64,000 nucleotides of DNA from Vulcanimicrobiota bacterium (lineage in GTDB: Bacteria; Vulcanimicrobiota; Vulcanimicrobiia; Vulcanimicrobiales; Vulcanimicrobiaceae): positions 192,001 to 256,000 of the forward strand of contig CAWGBN010000007.1 of the NCBI GenBank assembly GCA_963820825.1, read 5' to 3'. The translations under genes were made by a program, and so were the position numbers. Shown piece by piece: positions 19,957-30,610 of the stretch. Position 1 is the stretch's first letter, and each line of letters starts with the position of its first letter. The notes under the pieces were generated by a model that was not told where the DNA came from, did not search any database, and was given only the letters and a program-made list of their open reading frames with translations.

Positions 19957-21564
19957 CTATGCCGCCATCGGAAGCGTCAGCGTGAAGATGCTGCCCCGCG
20001 GCGTTCCGCGGACGTACGAAACGGTTCCACCATGCTTCTCGGCGATTCGCCGGACGATGTAAAGACCCAGCCCGCTCCCCGATCCCGGACGTCGCCCCGC
20101 CAAAGCGCTGAAAGAGCCCCTGCGCTGCTCTTCGCGCACGCCGTAGCCGTCGTCTTCAACGGCCAACGCGACCGACGCGCCGTCGCGAGCGACCGTCGCG
20201 CGTGACGTGTCCGCCTTCGCGGCGTGGCCGTCGATGGCATTGGCGAGCAAATTGACGATCGCGCGTCTCATCTCATGCGGGTCACCCATGACCCGCAGCG
20301 GTTCGCGCGGAACCGCCGAGCGCAGCTGCGATTCCTTTGATCTCCGCAACCGGACGAAGCTCTTCGACGACGCCCGTCAACAACTCGCCCGAGTCGACCG
20401 GTTCGCGCACGATCGCGTCTTCTCCGGATTCGTAGCGGGCGACGAGCAGGAGCGTTTCGACCATGCGGCGCTGATCGTCGTTTGCCGCCAGCGTCGTGCT
20501 GCAGGATCTCGCGATAGCGCTGCGGCAGTTCGCCATAGGAACCGTCGAGCGCCTGATTCATCGTCACGTCGCGCCGCGGCGAGCGGCGTGCGCAGGTCGT
20601 GCGCGAGCGCGTAGACGATGTCGCGAATGACGTCGCTGCGGTCGATCAGCTCGTCCTTCTGCCGCGCAATCTCCTCGTTACGCTCGCCGAGCTGCGCGAA
20701 GAGACGCGCCTGCTCTAGCGCGATCGCGGCCTGCTCGGCAAAGGCTCGCATCGTCGCCAGCGCGTCGCCGAGAAAGGGTTTCTCCTCGGTCGCCGATGCG
20801 ATCAGGACGCTCTCGGCGGAACCGCTCGTCGCAATCGGCGTCACCAAGGCGTCGCTCGCGCCGAGCGCTTCGAGCGTCACCCGTCCCGAATGCGATCGTC
20901 TGCGGGTGACGCGAACGACGTCGTCGGCGTCCGCGGCGCGCGCGACGAGCGAGGCGAGTTCGGTCGACAGCATCCGCCGTTCCACCGAGATTTCGGCGGT
21001 CGCCCGTCGAGCAGCTCAGGATGAGCGCGAGCCCAAAGGGCCGCTCGCGCACGATCGAGCATTGCCGTCGAGGCACCGAGCAGCTCCAACGCCTCGCGAG
21101 TAATCGCCCGCGCACGAGCTCGACGTTGAGCGTGCTCCCGAACGCGGCCCGTCGCTTCGCGCAGCGCTTTCTCGATCTCGACTTGGCGCATGCGCCCCGC
21201 CGAGACCCCGGCTTCGCGCGCGTACTCTTGCGTTTTGATGCTCAAGTATCCGACGAGCACGAACGACGCGGCTAAGCAGCAGCCGGTCTCCGATCGCCGA
21301 CGCCGTCCCAATGGTGGCCGGCCTGAACGCCGTTTACGTAACCGGCGATCGCGTTGGCGATTTCCGCGGCGATCGACCAGGTTGCATCGTCAGCCTGCCC
21401 CGCAGCGCCAGGCTGCTGAGCGCAATCGGACCGTTGAGCAAGATCGCCGCGACGAAGAGTTGCGGCGTCAGGAGATCGACGATCCACGCGGCGACGAGCA
21501 ATCCGTAGCAGAGCCAGGCCACAGACGCGCGGTCTCGGGTCGACCGGCGGGGGCGCCTTGCCAT
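19957..21564 (-). CDS. Membrane sensor histidine kinase with GAF-like domain(s), multiple frameshifts
   Basis: N-terminal TMs (WIVDLLTPQLFVAAILL), GAF end AFAEQAAIALEQARLF, H-box LAHDLRTPL, N-box NLLANAI, G-boxes VEDDGYG and GSGLGLYIVRRIAEKHGG. Confidence 0.82.
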
Positions 21565-21586
21565 GCCGCGCGAAGGCTGCGGCACG

Positions 21587-23761
21587 ATGGATCGCACCGC
21601 CCGGGCCGAGGAGCTTCTTACGCGAGCTAGGCTCGCGCGCGCGACTCGTCGTCTACATCGCGAGTGCTCCCGGAGCCGGGAAGACGCGCCGCCTGCTCGA
21701 AGACGCGCCGCCGGCTCGCCGCCGCCGGCAAGCGCGTCGTCATCGGCTGGATCGAAACGAAGGGACGACCCGATCTCGAGCGTCTCGCCGCCGGACTTCC
21801 GCGCATTCCGCCCCGCCAGGTAAAGATCGGCGAGCGCATCTTCGAGGAGTTCGATTACGAAGCGGCGCTACGCGAAGAGCCCGACGTCGTGCTGCTCGAC
21901 GAGCTGGCGCACGACAATCTCGGCGAAGCCGCCCACGCCAAGCGCTGGCAGGACGCGCTCGCACTGCGAGGAGGCGCGGCATCGGCGTTATCGGCGCCTT
22001 GAACATCGCGCACCTCGAAAACGGTCGCTCCGACGGCCGAAGCGATGATCGGCTATCCGATCCGCGAGATCGTCCCGCTCTCGTTCCTGCAGAGCAGCCG
22101 ACGAGGTCATCGCGCTCGACGTGTCGCCGACGCCTGCTCCAAAGCCGCGTTCGAGCCGGTAAGATCGTCAACGAGCAGGACATCGATCGCGCGCTCAACG
22201 GCGCGTTCAAAGAGCAGACGCTCTACATGCTGCGGGAGCTGCTGCTTCGCACGGTCGATAGTCTCACGCTTCCCGTCGTAAAGGCGGGGCGCAACCTCGA
22301 TGGCCGCCGCCTTCGTCTATCCGAACCTCGATCCCGTACCCTTTCTCAAACGCACCGCCGGCGATCGCACATGCGCTCGATCTCGGGCTCGAGGTCGTGC
22401 CCGACCCCGGCGTCGAGCGCGCGACGATCGAACCGATCGCGCGCGAACTCGGCGGCGAGATCCTGCACGAGACGCTCGACCCCGCCGGTATTCCCGGCGA
22501 CGAGCTGCGCGCCGTCACTCGTGGCGCTTCCCACCGGGCAAGATTGCCGCCAAGCTCGCGAACTACGCCGCTTCCGTACGATCTCTTCATCGTCGGCGCC
22601 GGTCAGACGTATCTCGGTGCGAATCCGGCGCGTTCGCCGTACTCGCAAACCGCCGGCGACCGCTGCGTGTCGGCTACGGTAAGCTCGATGGTCTACCTCG
22701 GCGCGGCGGCCGGTGCCGGCAAGACCTACGCGATGCTCGATCGCGCGCACCAGCTCCAGGCCGAAGGCGTCGACGTCGTCGTCGGCTTCGTCGAAACGCA
22801 CGGACGTAAGGAGACGGCGGCACTGCTCGACGGCCTGGACGATGGTGCCGCCGAAGATCGTCAATGCCAACGGGATCACGTATCAGCGAGTTCGATCGCG
22901 ATGGCGTTGATCGCGCGCAAGCCCGCAAGTCGCGCTCATCGACGAGCTCGCTCATACCAATGCGCCCGGTTCGATCGCGCCGAAGCGCTTCTACGACGTC
23001 CTGGCCGTTCTGCGCGCCGGCATCGACGTCATCACGACGCTCAACGTCCAGCATCTCGAAGGCTTGGGCGATACCGTTCTGCGGCTCACCGGAACGGTCG
23101 TGCGCGAGACGCTCCCAGACGGCATTCTGTCGCTGGCCGACGAAGTGATTCTCATCGACGTTACTCCCGAGACGCTGCGCCAACGGCTGCGCGAGGGGAA
23201 GATCTATCCGCCGGACCGCATCGAGGCGGCGCTGGCAAACTTCTTTCGCACCGAGAATCTCTTCGCGTTGCGCGAGCTCGCGTTGCGCGAAGCCCTTCGG
23301 GCCCGCCATCGCGAGCGAATCAGCTCGCCGTTCGAGCGGCTACTGCTCGCGGTCGGCTCGCGCGAGGTCGATCTCGTCGATGATCGCGCGCGCTGGGCGC
23401 ATCGCGGCGCGCCTCGCAATCGAGTTTGCCATCGCGCATGTGGCTCCGCGCCGATCGCGCGTCGACGCCAAGCACGGTCGAAATGTTGCGCACCGAGGCG
23501 CGAAAGACCAACGTCGAGTGGATCGACGAGGTCGCCGACGACGTGCCGAAGCGGTTGCTCGAGATCGCGCGCACGCGTCCCGAGACGACCATTGCGCTGG
23601 CCGGCACGCGACGCGCGCCGCGATGGCTCGAGCGCCCGTCCTTTCCGCGCCGCTTGCTCGACGCCGGCGCGCGCGAACTGCTCGTCCTCATGCCGCCCGG
23701 CGCAACGCCCGCCACCGAAGACGGACCTAGTCGGGTTTCAACCCGTCCAGCGCGAGGTTGA
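21587..23761 (+). CDS. Soluble protein with two KdpD N-terminal domains and USP-like domain(s), multiple frameshifts
   Basis: Domain 1: [32 protein letters not shown]. Domain 2: [53 protein letters not shown]. The C-terminus is USP-like. No TM or HisKA motifs were found. The 3' end is uncertain (23730 or 23761). Confidence 0.8.
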
Positions 23762-24308
23762 GCTGAAGGACGTTGACGTGCGGTTCGCCGAGGAATCCAA
23801 ACGTTCGCCCTTGCACGTGCTGCGCGACGATCGAGTTGACGCACCGACCAGACGTCATGTGGCGCGCCTTTGCGACACGCGGTGCCTCCCAGTAGGCGGC
23901 CTCCGGCGTGATGTCGGGATCGATGCCGCTGCGCGCTCGACGTGATCAGATCGATCGGCGGCGGACCGCTCGCATCCGGATTCGCCTTTTGCAAGCGCGG
24001 CGAGCGTCGCTTTCGTCGCATTGATCAGCTTCTTCGACGTCGGTCCGAGGTTCGTTCCTCCGGTCGAAGTTGGATCGTAGCCTTTTCCCGCCGCCGAAGG
24101 ACGTCCCTGAAAGTACTGCGGCTTCGTCCAGAGCTGTCCGATGATCGACGATCCGACGACTCTGCCGTTCACCGTTACGAGCGAGCCGTTGGCCTGTCTT
24201 GGGAAGAGTACTTGCGCGATTCCCGTCATCGCCAGCGGATAGATTAGCCCGAAGATGACGATGCAGACGATCGTGATCTGCAGCGCAGTGCCCAAATGTT
24301 CGTATCAT
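23727..24308 (-). CDS. kdpC: K+-transporting ATPase subunit C (frameshifted)
   Basis: [41 protein letters not shown] and C-terminal [12 protein letters not shown]. Confidence 0.92.
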
Positions 24309-24320
24309 TCGATTCGATTC

Positions 24321-26387
24321 CTACGTGAGGTGGAGCGCGGCCAGGATCATGTCGATGAGCTTGATGCCGATGAAGGGAACGATGATTCCGCCGACGCCGT
24401 AGAGCATGACGTTCTCGAAGAGCACGCGCGTTTGCACCCTTCGGCTCGTAGCTTCACGCCGCGCAGCGCAAGCGGAATGAGCGCGATGATGATGAGCGCG
24501 TTGAAGATGACGGCCGAGAGAATCGCGCTCTGCGGCGTAGTCAGACGCATGACGTTGAGCACGGTCCATCGGCTGGTACGCGATCGCAAACATCGCCGGC
24601 AGGATTGCAAAGTACTTCGCGACGTCGTTGGCGATCGAAAACGTCGTGAGCGCGCCGCGCGTCATCAGCAGCTGCTTGCCGATCTCGACGATCTCGATGA
24701 GCTTGGTCGGATCGGAATCGAGATCGACCATGTTGGCGGCCTCTTTGGCGGCTTGCGTGCCCGAGTTCATTGCGACGCCGACGTCGGACTTGCGCGAGTG
24801 CCGGCGCGTCGTTCGTGCCGTCGCCGGTCATCGCGACGAGGCGCCCCGACGTCTGCTCGCGCTTGATGAGCTCCATCTTCGTCTCGGGCGTCGCCTCGGC
24901 GAGGAAATCGTCGACGCCGGCCTCCTTGGCGATCGTGGCCGCGGTCAGCGGATTGTCGCCCGTGATCATCACGGTCCGAATGCCCATGGCGCGCAGCCGA
25001 TCGAAGCGCTCGCGCATGTTCGGCTTGAGAATGTCTTTGAGATAGATGACGCCGAGTACGAGGGCGTTGCGGGCGAACAGCAACGGCGTGCCGCCGCTGC
25101 GGGCGATGCGTTCGACGTGCGGCGAGAGATCGGCCGACGGATTACCGCCCTGCTCGCGGACCCACGCGAGCACCGAATCCGGTGCGCCTTTGCGAATCTT
25201 GGTTCCGTCCGCCAGATCCAGTCCGCTCATGCGCGTGTACGCGCTGAACGGCACGAACGACGCGCATCTGCCGGAGCCTCACCGTCACGAGCGCCGTCCT
25301 GCTGGGCGAGCGCAACGATCGATCGTCCTTCCGGCGTTTCGTCGGCAAGCGAAGAGAGATAGCGCGATCCGCGCTGCATCCTTGGGGTCGATGCCGGCAG
25401 CCGCAGATGATTTCGACGGCCTGACGATTGCCGAGCGTGATCGTTCCGGTCTTATCGAGCAGGAGCGTGTCGACGTCGCCGGCCGCCTCTACGGCCCGTC
25501 CGCTCATCGCCAACACGTTGCGCTGCATGACGCGGTCCATTCCGGCGATGCCGATCGCCGAGAGCAGTCCGCCGATCGTCGTCGGAATCAGACAGACCAG
25601 CAGTGCGATGAGAACCGTAACGCTTTGTGGCGTTCCCGCATAGATCGAATACGGTGCCAGCGTCGCAACGGCGATCACGAAGATGATCGTCAGACCCGCG
25701 AGCAGGATCGAGAGCGCGATTTCGTTCGGCGTCTTCTGCCGCTGCGCGCCTTCGACCAGGCGAATCATCCGGTCGAGGAAGCTCTCGCCGGGGTTGGCGG
25801 TCACGCGCACGACGATGCGATCGGAGAGCACGCGCGTGCCGCCCGTTACCGCGCTGCGGTCGCCGCCCGATTCGCGAATCACCGGCGCCGACTCTCCGGT
25901 AATCGCCGACTCGTCGACGGTTGCCGCGCCTTCGAGCACGTCGCCGTCGGCCGGAATGATCTCGCCGGCCTCGACGACGAACCGGTCGCCCTTGCGCAAG
26001 ATCGTGCTCGACACGACCGCTCCTCGGCGCCGTCGTCGCGAAGCAGCCGCGCCGTCGTATCGGACTTCGTCCGTCGCAGCGAATCGGCTTGCGCCTTGCC
26101 GCGACCTTCGGCCACGGCCTCGGCAAAGTTCGCGAAGAGCACCGTGAACCATAGCCACGCGGCGATCGCAAAGTCGAATCCTGCCATGCCGGTGTGGCCG
26201 GCGAGATCGCGCACGAAGAAGATCGAGACCGCCGCGCGCCGACTTCAACGACGAACATCACCGGGTTGCGCACCTGCCAGCGCGGGTCGAGCTTCTTGAA
26301 GGAATCCGCGAGCGCGCGAGTGACGATCGCCCGGTCGAAGAGCGAGCGTGCCTTGGGACGGCGCTCCAAGCGACTTTGACTAAGCAT
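24321..26387 (-). CDS. kdpB: K+-transporting P-type ATPase subunit B (frameshifted)
   Basis: [45 protein letters not shown] and [12 protein letters not shown]. Confidence 0.95.
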
Positions 26388-28088
26388 TAGAACGTCTTTC
26401 CTTGCATGACGAGCAGATGTTCGACGATCGGCCCGAGCGAATCGGCCGGGAGGAAGGTGAGCGCACCGACGATGACGATGACGCCGAGAAGCAGCGCGAC
26501 GAAGATCGGCGAGTGCGTCGAGAACGTGCCGAAACTTTCGGGCACCGATTTCTTGCCGGCTAACGCCCCCGCTAGGGCAAGCGCCGGCATGGCGACGGCA
26601 AAACGTCCGAACATCATGTTGACGCCCATCATGAGATTGTAAAACAGATTCGGTCCGAGGCCCGCAAACGCCGAGCCGTTGTTGGCGTTGCTCGAGGTAA
26701 AGGCGTAAAGGATCTCGGAGAACCCGTGCGGTCCAGCGTTATTGAGCGTCGCCAAGCCCGCCGGGAGTACCGCGGCGATCGCCGTCGGCACCAAGCAGAG
26801 TACCGGTGTCACCAGCACCGCCAAAATCGCGAACTGCACCTCACGGCGTTCGATCTTTTTACCGAGGTATTCGGGCGTGCGTCCGACCATCAGGCCGGCG
26901 ATAAACACCGTTAGAACGACGAAGACGATCATGCCGTAAAGGCCGCTGCCGACGCCGCCGAAGACGATCTCGCCGAGTTGCATGTCGACGAGCGGAACGA
27001 GCCCGCCGAGCGGCATGAACGAATCGTGCATCGAGTTGACGGCGCCGCACGACGTGTCGGTCGTCACGGTGGCCCAGAGCGCCGAGGCAGAAATGCCGAA
27101 TCGGCACTCCTTGCCTTCCATGTTCGCACCGGCGGCACCGAGTTGATGGACGATCGGATTACCGGCCGCCTCCGCCCAATATGCGACGCCGAATCCCACG
27201 AAGAAGAGAATCGCCATCGCCGCGAAGATCGCCCAGCCTTGCCGCGTGTCTTTGACCATCTTGCCGTACATGTACGTCAGACCGGCGCCGAGCGAGAAGA
27301 TCAGCAGCAGCTCGATGAGATTGGTCAGCGGATTCGGATTCTCGTTCGGCGAGGCCGAGTTCGCGTTGACGAAGCCGCCGCCGTTGGTACCGAGCTCCTT
27401 GATGACTTCTTGCGACGCCATCGGTCCCCCGGTAATCGTCTGGGCGAAGCCTTCGATCGACTTCACGTCTTCATACGCGTGGAAGTTCTGGGGCATCCCC
27501 TGCGACACCAAGAAGAGACCGACGACGATCGAGATCGGCAGCAGCACGTAGAGCGAGCATCGGGTGAGGTCGACCCAGAAGTTTCCGAGCGTCTTGACGC
27601 TCGTGCGCACCAAACCGCGCACGACGGCCACGGCAATCGCGATGCCGACCGCCGCCGAGACGAAGTTATGCCACGCCAAACCGGCCATTTGCGAGAGATA
27701 GCTCATCGCCGCTCTCGCCGGAGTAAAACTGCCAGTTCGTGTTCGTCGTAAAGCTGACCGCCGTATTCCACGCCAGGTCGGGCGTCATGTTGTCGATGTG
27801 CTGCGGATTGAACGGCAGCCATTTCTGGGTGCGCAGCAGGACGTACAGATAGGCCAGGCCGATCAGCGAAAAGGCGAGCATCGAGAGCGCGTAGACGTAC
27901 CACGCCATCTCCTCGTCTTCGCGCACGCCGCAAAGGCGGTAGATCAGCTTTTCGATCGGAACGAGCACCGGACTCAGCCAGGTGCGGCCGCCCTCGAAGA
28001 CGCGCGCCATGTACGAGCCCAGCGGCTTCGTCAGCGCCAGAATGATTAAAAAGAAGACGATGGCCTGAAGCCATCCGATCGCCGTCAT
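26387..28088 (-). CDS. kdpA: K+-transporting ATPase subunit A (frameshift near 27710)
   Basis: SFTTNTNWQ.YSGE, LGTNGGG, TSCGAVN, SNANNGSAF and LGPIVEH. Confidence 0.95.
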
Positions 28089-28177
28089 CAGAACTTCTCC
28101 GGGCGAAGCATGGCGTAGACGAGATAGACGAGCCCGCCCAACGTCAGAACCAGGCCCAACGCGTCATCGAAACCCAT
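28088..28177 (-). CDS. kdpF: K+-transporting ATPase subunit F
   Basis: MGFDDALGLVLTLGGLVYLVYAMLRPEKF with the KdpF C-terminal signature; its stop overlaps the kdpA start. Confidence 0.92.
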   Translation of the reverse strand: MGFDDALGLVLTLGGLVYLVYAMLRPEKF

Positions 28178-28179
28178 GG

Positions 28180-28266
28180 CTAAACCTTTTCGCAGCCAAG
28201 AACGTAGAGGTCCAAGAGTGCAAAGCACACAATCGACAGGACCACGATTCCTATCTCGAGCAGCAT
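28180..28266 (-). CDS. Small membrane peptide upstream of kdpF (28 aa; not in the ORF track)
   Basis: Manual translation gives MLLEIGIVVLSIVCFALLDLYVLGCEKV*, one hydrophobic helix, with the stop 2 nt before the kdpF ATG. Confidence 0.7.
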   Translation of the reverse strand: MLLEIGIVVLSIVCFALLDLYVLGCEKV

Positions 28267-28272
28267 GCACCC

Positions 28273-28348
28273 AGCATAGCGTAGCGCCCGAGATAGCACC
28301 ACCCGCCAATCGGATGATCCGATGGGACGTCCATGTGGATAATCCGAC
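28273..28348. promoter_or_regulatory. Divergent kdp promoter region with two inverted-repeat operator candidates
   Basis: Minus-strand TATGCT at 28278-28273; perfect palindrome ATCGGAT-G-ATCCGAT at 28309-28323; related GGAT-A-ATCCGA at 28337-28347. Confidence 0.5.
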
Positions 28349-28394
28349 CGGCGGCTGCTAGACGCGGGCGTTCCGCCGTATAATCAGGAGCGTT

Positions 28395-29276
28395 ATGATT
28401 GATCACCGTCTCATCGCATCGGTCTACTTGGCGTGGGCCATCGCGGCAAGCGCCGGAGTCGCGCGAGCGCAAGCCGCGCCGAGCCCGCCGCCGTCACCTT
28501 CGCCGGCACCCTCGACTTCGGCGACGCCGAGCGCGCCGAGCGATCCTTGCGGTTCGCTCCTTTCGATCGTTAACAGGCCGACGGTCAGCACGGCCGTTTG
28601 CACCGTGCGCACCGGACACATCGAGCTTGAAAACGGTTACACCAACACGACGACGACCGGCACCCCGGGCGGGAGCAGCGCGCTCTATCCGCAGTCGCTG
28701 CTGCGCGTCGGCACGTTCGATCCGCACCTCGATTTCGAGTTCGGTTTCCCGAATGCGGAGACGTCCTCGGTCGGCCAGTCCAGGATCACGGGCTCGACCG
28801 ACATCAGCTTGGCGTCGAAGTACGAACTCGGATATAGTTCGAGCGGCGATTGGGGCATCTACGGAGCCGTGACGATCCCGACCGGCAGCAACGCGTTCAC
28901 CGCCGGGAACGCGCAGTTCACCGGCGATCTCGACGGCGCGTACACGATCAACTCGGAGTTCAGCTTGGCGGGCACGCTCAGCTTCAACGCTTTGAGCGGC
29001 GCGAACGCGGCCGGTCTCGCGCAGTCGTACTTTGCGTTCATCCCGAGCCTCGAGCTGAGCGCGGCGCTGCCCGGCGGTCCGTCGCAACTCTCGGCTGAGT
29101 ACGCGTACTTCTCGGCGGTAGGGCCGGGCTTGCCGGGGAAGAGCCTCATCGACTTCGTCTATCAGCGGGACTTCGGCACCCACGTGCAGTTTGACGTCGA
29201 GTACGGTTTCTCGCCGACGCTCATCAACGGGCAATCGCAGCATTACGTCGGGGCGGGCCTCTCCTTCATGAACTAG
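28395..29276 (+). CDS. Outer-membrane beta-barrel 'transporter' (SphA/MetA-pathway-like)
   Basis: SD AGGAG; signal peptide plus Pro-rich linker; RP.V.....TV..G.I.LENG pattern; amphipathic strands; C-terminal YVGAGLSF. Confidence 0.65.
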   Translation: MIDHRLIASVYLAWAIAASAGVARAQAAPSPPPSPSPAPSTSATPSAPSDPCGSLLSIVNRPTVSTAVCTVRTGHIELENGYTNTTTTGTPGGSSALYPQSLLRVGTFDPHLDFEFGFPNAETSSVGQSRITGSTDISLASKYELGYSSSGDWGIYGAVTIPTGSNAFTAGNAQFTGDLDGAYTINSEFSLAGTLSFNALSGANAAGLAQSYFAFIPSLELSAALPGGPSQLSAEYAYFSAVGPGLPGKSLIDFVYQRDFGTHVQFDVEYGFSPTLINGQSQHYVGAGLSFMN

Positions 29277-29356
29277 CACCGGCGGCCGCGGAGGCGGGAG
29301 AATCGCTGCATTCGGCCAAGGCAAGCCAAGCAAGCTTTCCCAAATCTCCGCGGAGG

Positions 29357-30607
29357 ATGCCGATGCCTGCCACGCAGATGCCCGTCAACGTCGGGAACAC
29401 CGGTTTCATGCTGCTCTGTGCGAGCCTCGTCATGCTAATGACGCCGGGGCTCGCCTTTTTTTACGGCGGCCTCGTACAGCGCAAGAACGTCCTTACGATC
29501 ATGATGCAGAGCTTCATGTCGCTCGGATGGACGACGGTCTTGTGGTTTGCCTTCGGCTATTCGGAGAGCTTCGGCCCCGATTGGCACGGAATCATCGGCA
29601 ATCCGGCCACTTACGCGTTCTTACGCGGCGTGACCCTGCACACGATGTTCACCGGCAACGACGCGGGAATTCCCCTGGTCGTACACATCGCCTATCAGAT
29701 GATGTTCGCGATCATCACGCCCGCGCTCATCACCGGCGCCTTTGCGAACCGCGTCACCTTCAAAGCCTACTTCTGGTTCCTTACCGGCTGGCTGATCTTC
29801 GTCTACTTCCCGTTCGTGCACATGCTCTGGAGCCCGGACGGTATCTTGGCGAAGTGGGGCTGCCTCGACTTTGCCGGAGGGATCGTCGTCCACGCCTCCG
29901 CCGGCTTCGCGGCGCTGGCATCGGTTCTCTACGTTGGACGGCGGCACGTTATCGAGAACAAACCGCACAACGTTCCGTTGATCGCGCTCGGAACGGGCCT
30001 GCTCTGGTTCGGATGGTACGGTTTCAACGCCGGCTCGGAGCTGCGCGTCGACTCGGTCACGGCCTCGGCGTTCCTCAACACGGATATTGCGGCGTCGTTC
30101 GCCGCCATCGCCTGGCTGCTCGTCGAATGGGCTCGCAGCCGTCAACCGAAGTTCATCGGCCTCCTCACCGGCGCGGTCGCCGGATTGGCGACGATCACTC
30201 CCTGTGCCGGCTACGTCTCTCCCACGACCGCCGTCATCGTCGGAATAGCGGCCGGCGTCGTCTGTTATTTTGCGGTCGCGCTGAAGAACAACCTCGGGTG
30301 GGACGACGCGCTCGACGTCTGGGGCGTACACGGAGTCGGCGGGTTCCTCGGCATCGTGCTGCTCGGCGTCTTTGCGTCGACGCTCTGGAACCCCAACGGC
30401 GCCGACGGTCTGCTGCGCGGTAATCCGTCGTTTCTCGGCAAGCAGTTCGTCGCCGCGCTCGTCTGCAGCGCGTGGGCCTTCTGCTTCACCTTCGCGATGT
30501 TGTGGCTGATCAATCTCGTCACGCGGGTCAAGGTCGACGAAGCCGCCGAAGAGCGTGGGCTCGACGTTCACCTGCACGGGGAAGAGGCCTACCCAATCGG
30601 CATCTAG
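29357..30607 (+). CDS. amtB: Ammonium transporter
   Basis: LMTPGLAFFYGG, YQMMFAIITPAL, DFAGGIVVH, WFGWYGFNAGS and DDALDVWGVHG; both pore histidines are present. Confidence 0.95.
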   Translation: MPMPATQMPVNVGNTGFMLLCASLVMLMTPGLAFFYGGLVQRKNVLTIMMQSFMSLGWTTVLWFAFGYSESFGPDWHGIIGNPATYAFLRGVTLHTMFTGNDAGIPLVVHIAYQMMFAIITPALITGAFANRVTFKAYFWFLTGWLIFVYFPFVHMLWSPDGILAKWGCLDFAGGIVVHASAGFAALASVLYVGRRHVIENKPHNVPLIALGTGLLWFGWYGFNAGSELRVDSVTASAFLNTDIAASFAAIAWLLVEWARSRQPKFIGLLTGAVAGLATITPCAGYVSPTTAVIVGIAAGVVCYFAVALKNNLGWDDALDVWGVHGVGGFLGIVLLGVFASTLWNPNGADGLLRGNPSFLGKQFVAALVCSAWAFCFTFAMLWLINLVTRVKVDEAAEERGLDVHLHGEEAYPIGI

Positions 30608-30610
30608 CCG

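Noticed and set aside
23727..28088. Programmed frameshifting or phase variation in kdp genes
   Set aside because: The breaks are numerous, lack slippery motifs and also hit der and miaB. Sequencing error is more parsimonious.
28266..28395. c-di-AMP (ydaO) riboswitch ahead of kdp
   Set aside because: The region is short, is shared with a divergent promoter and lacks recognisable ydaO blocks.
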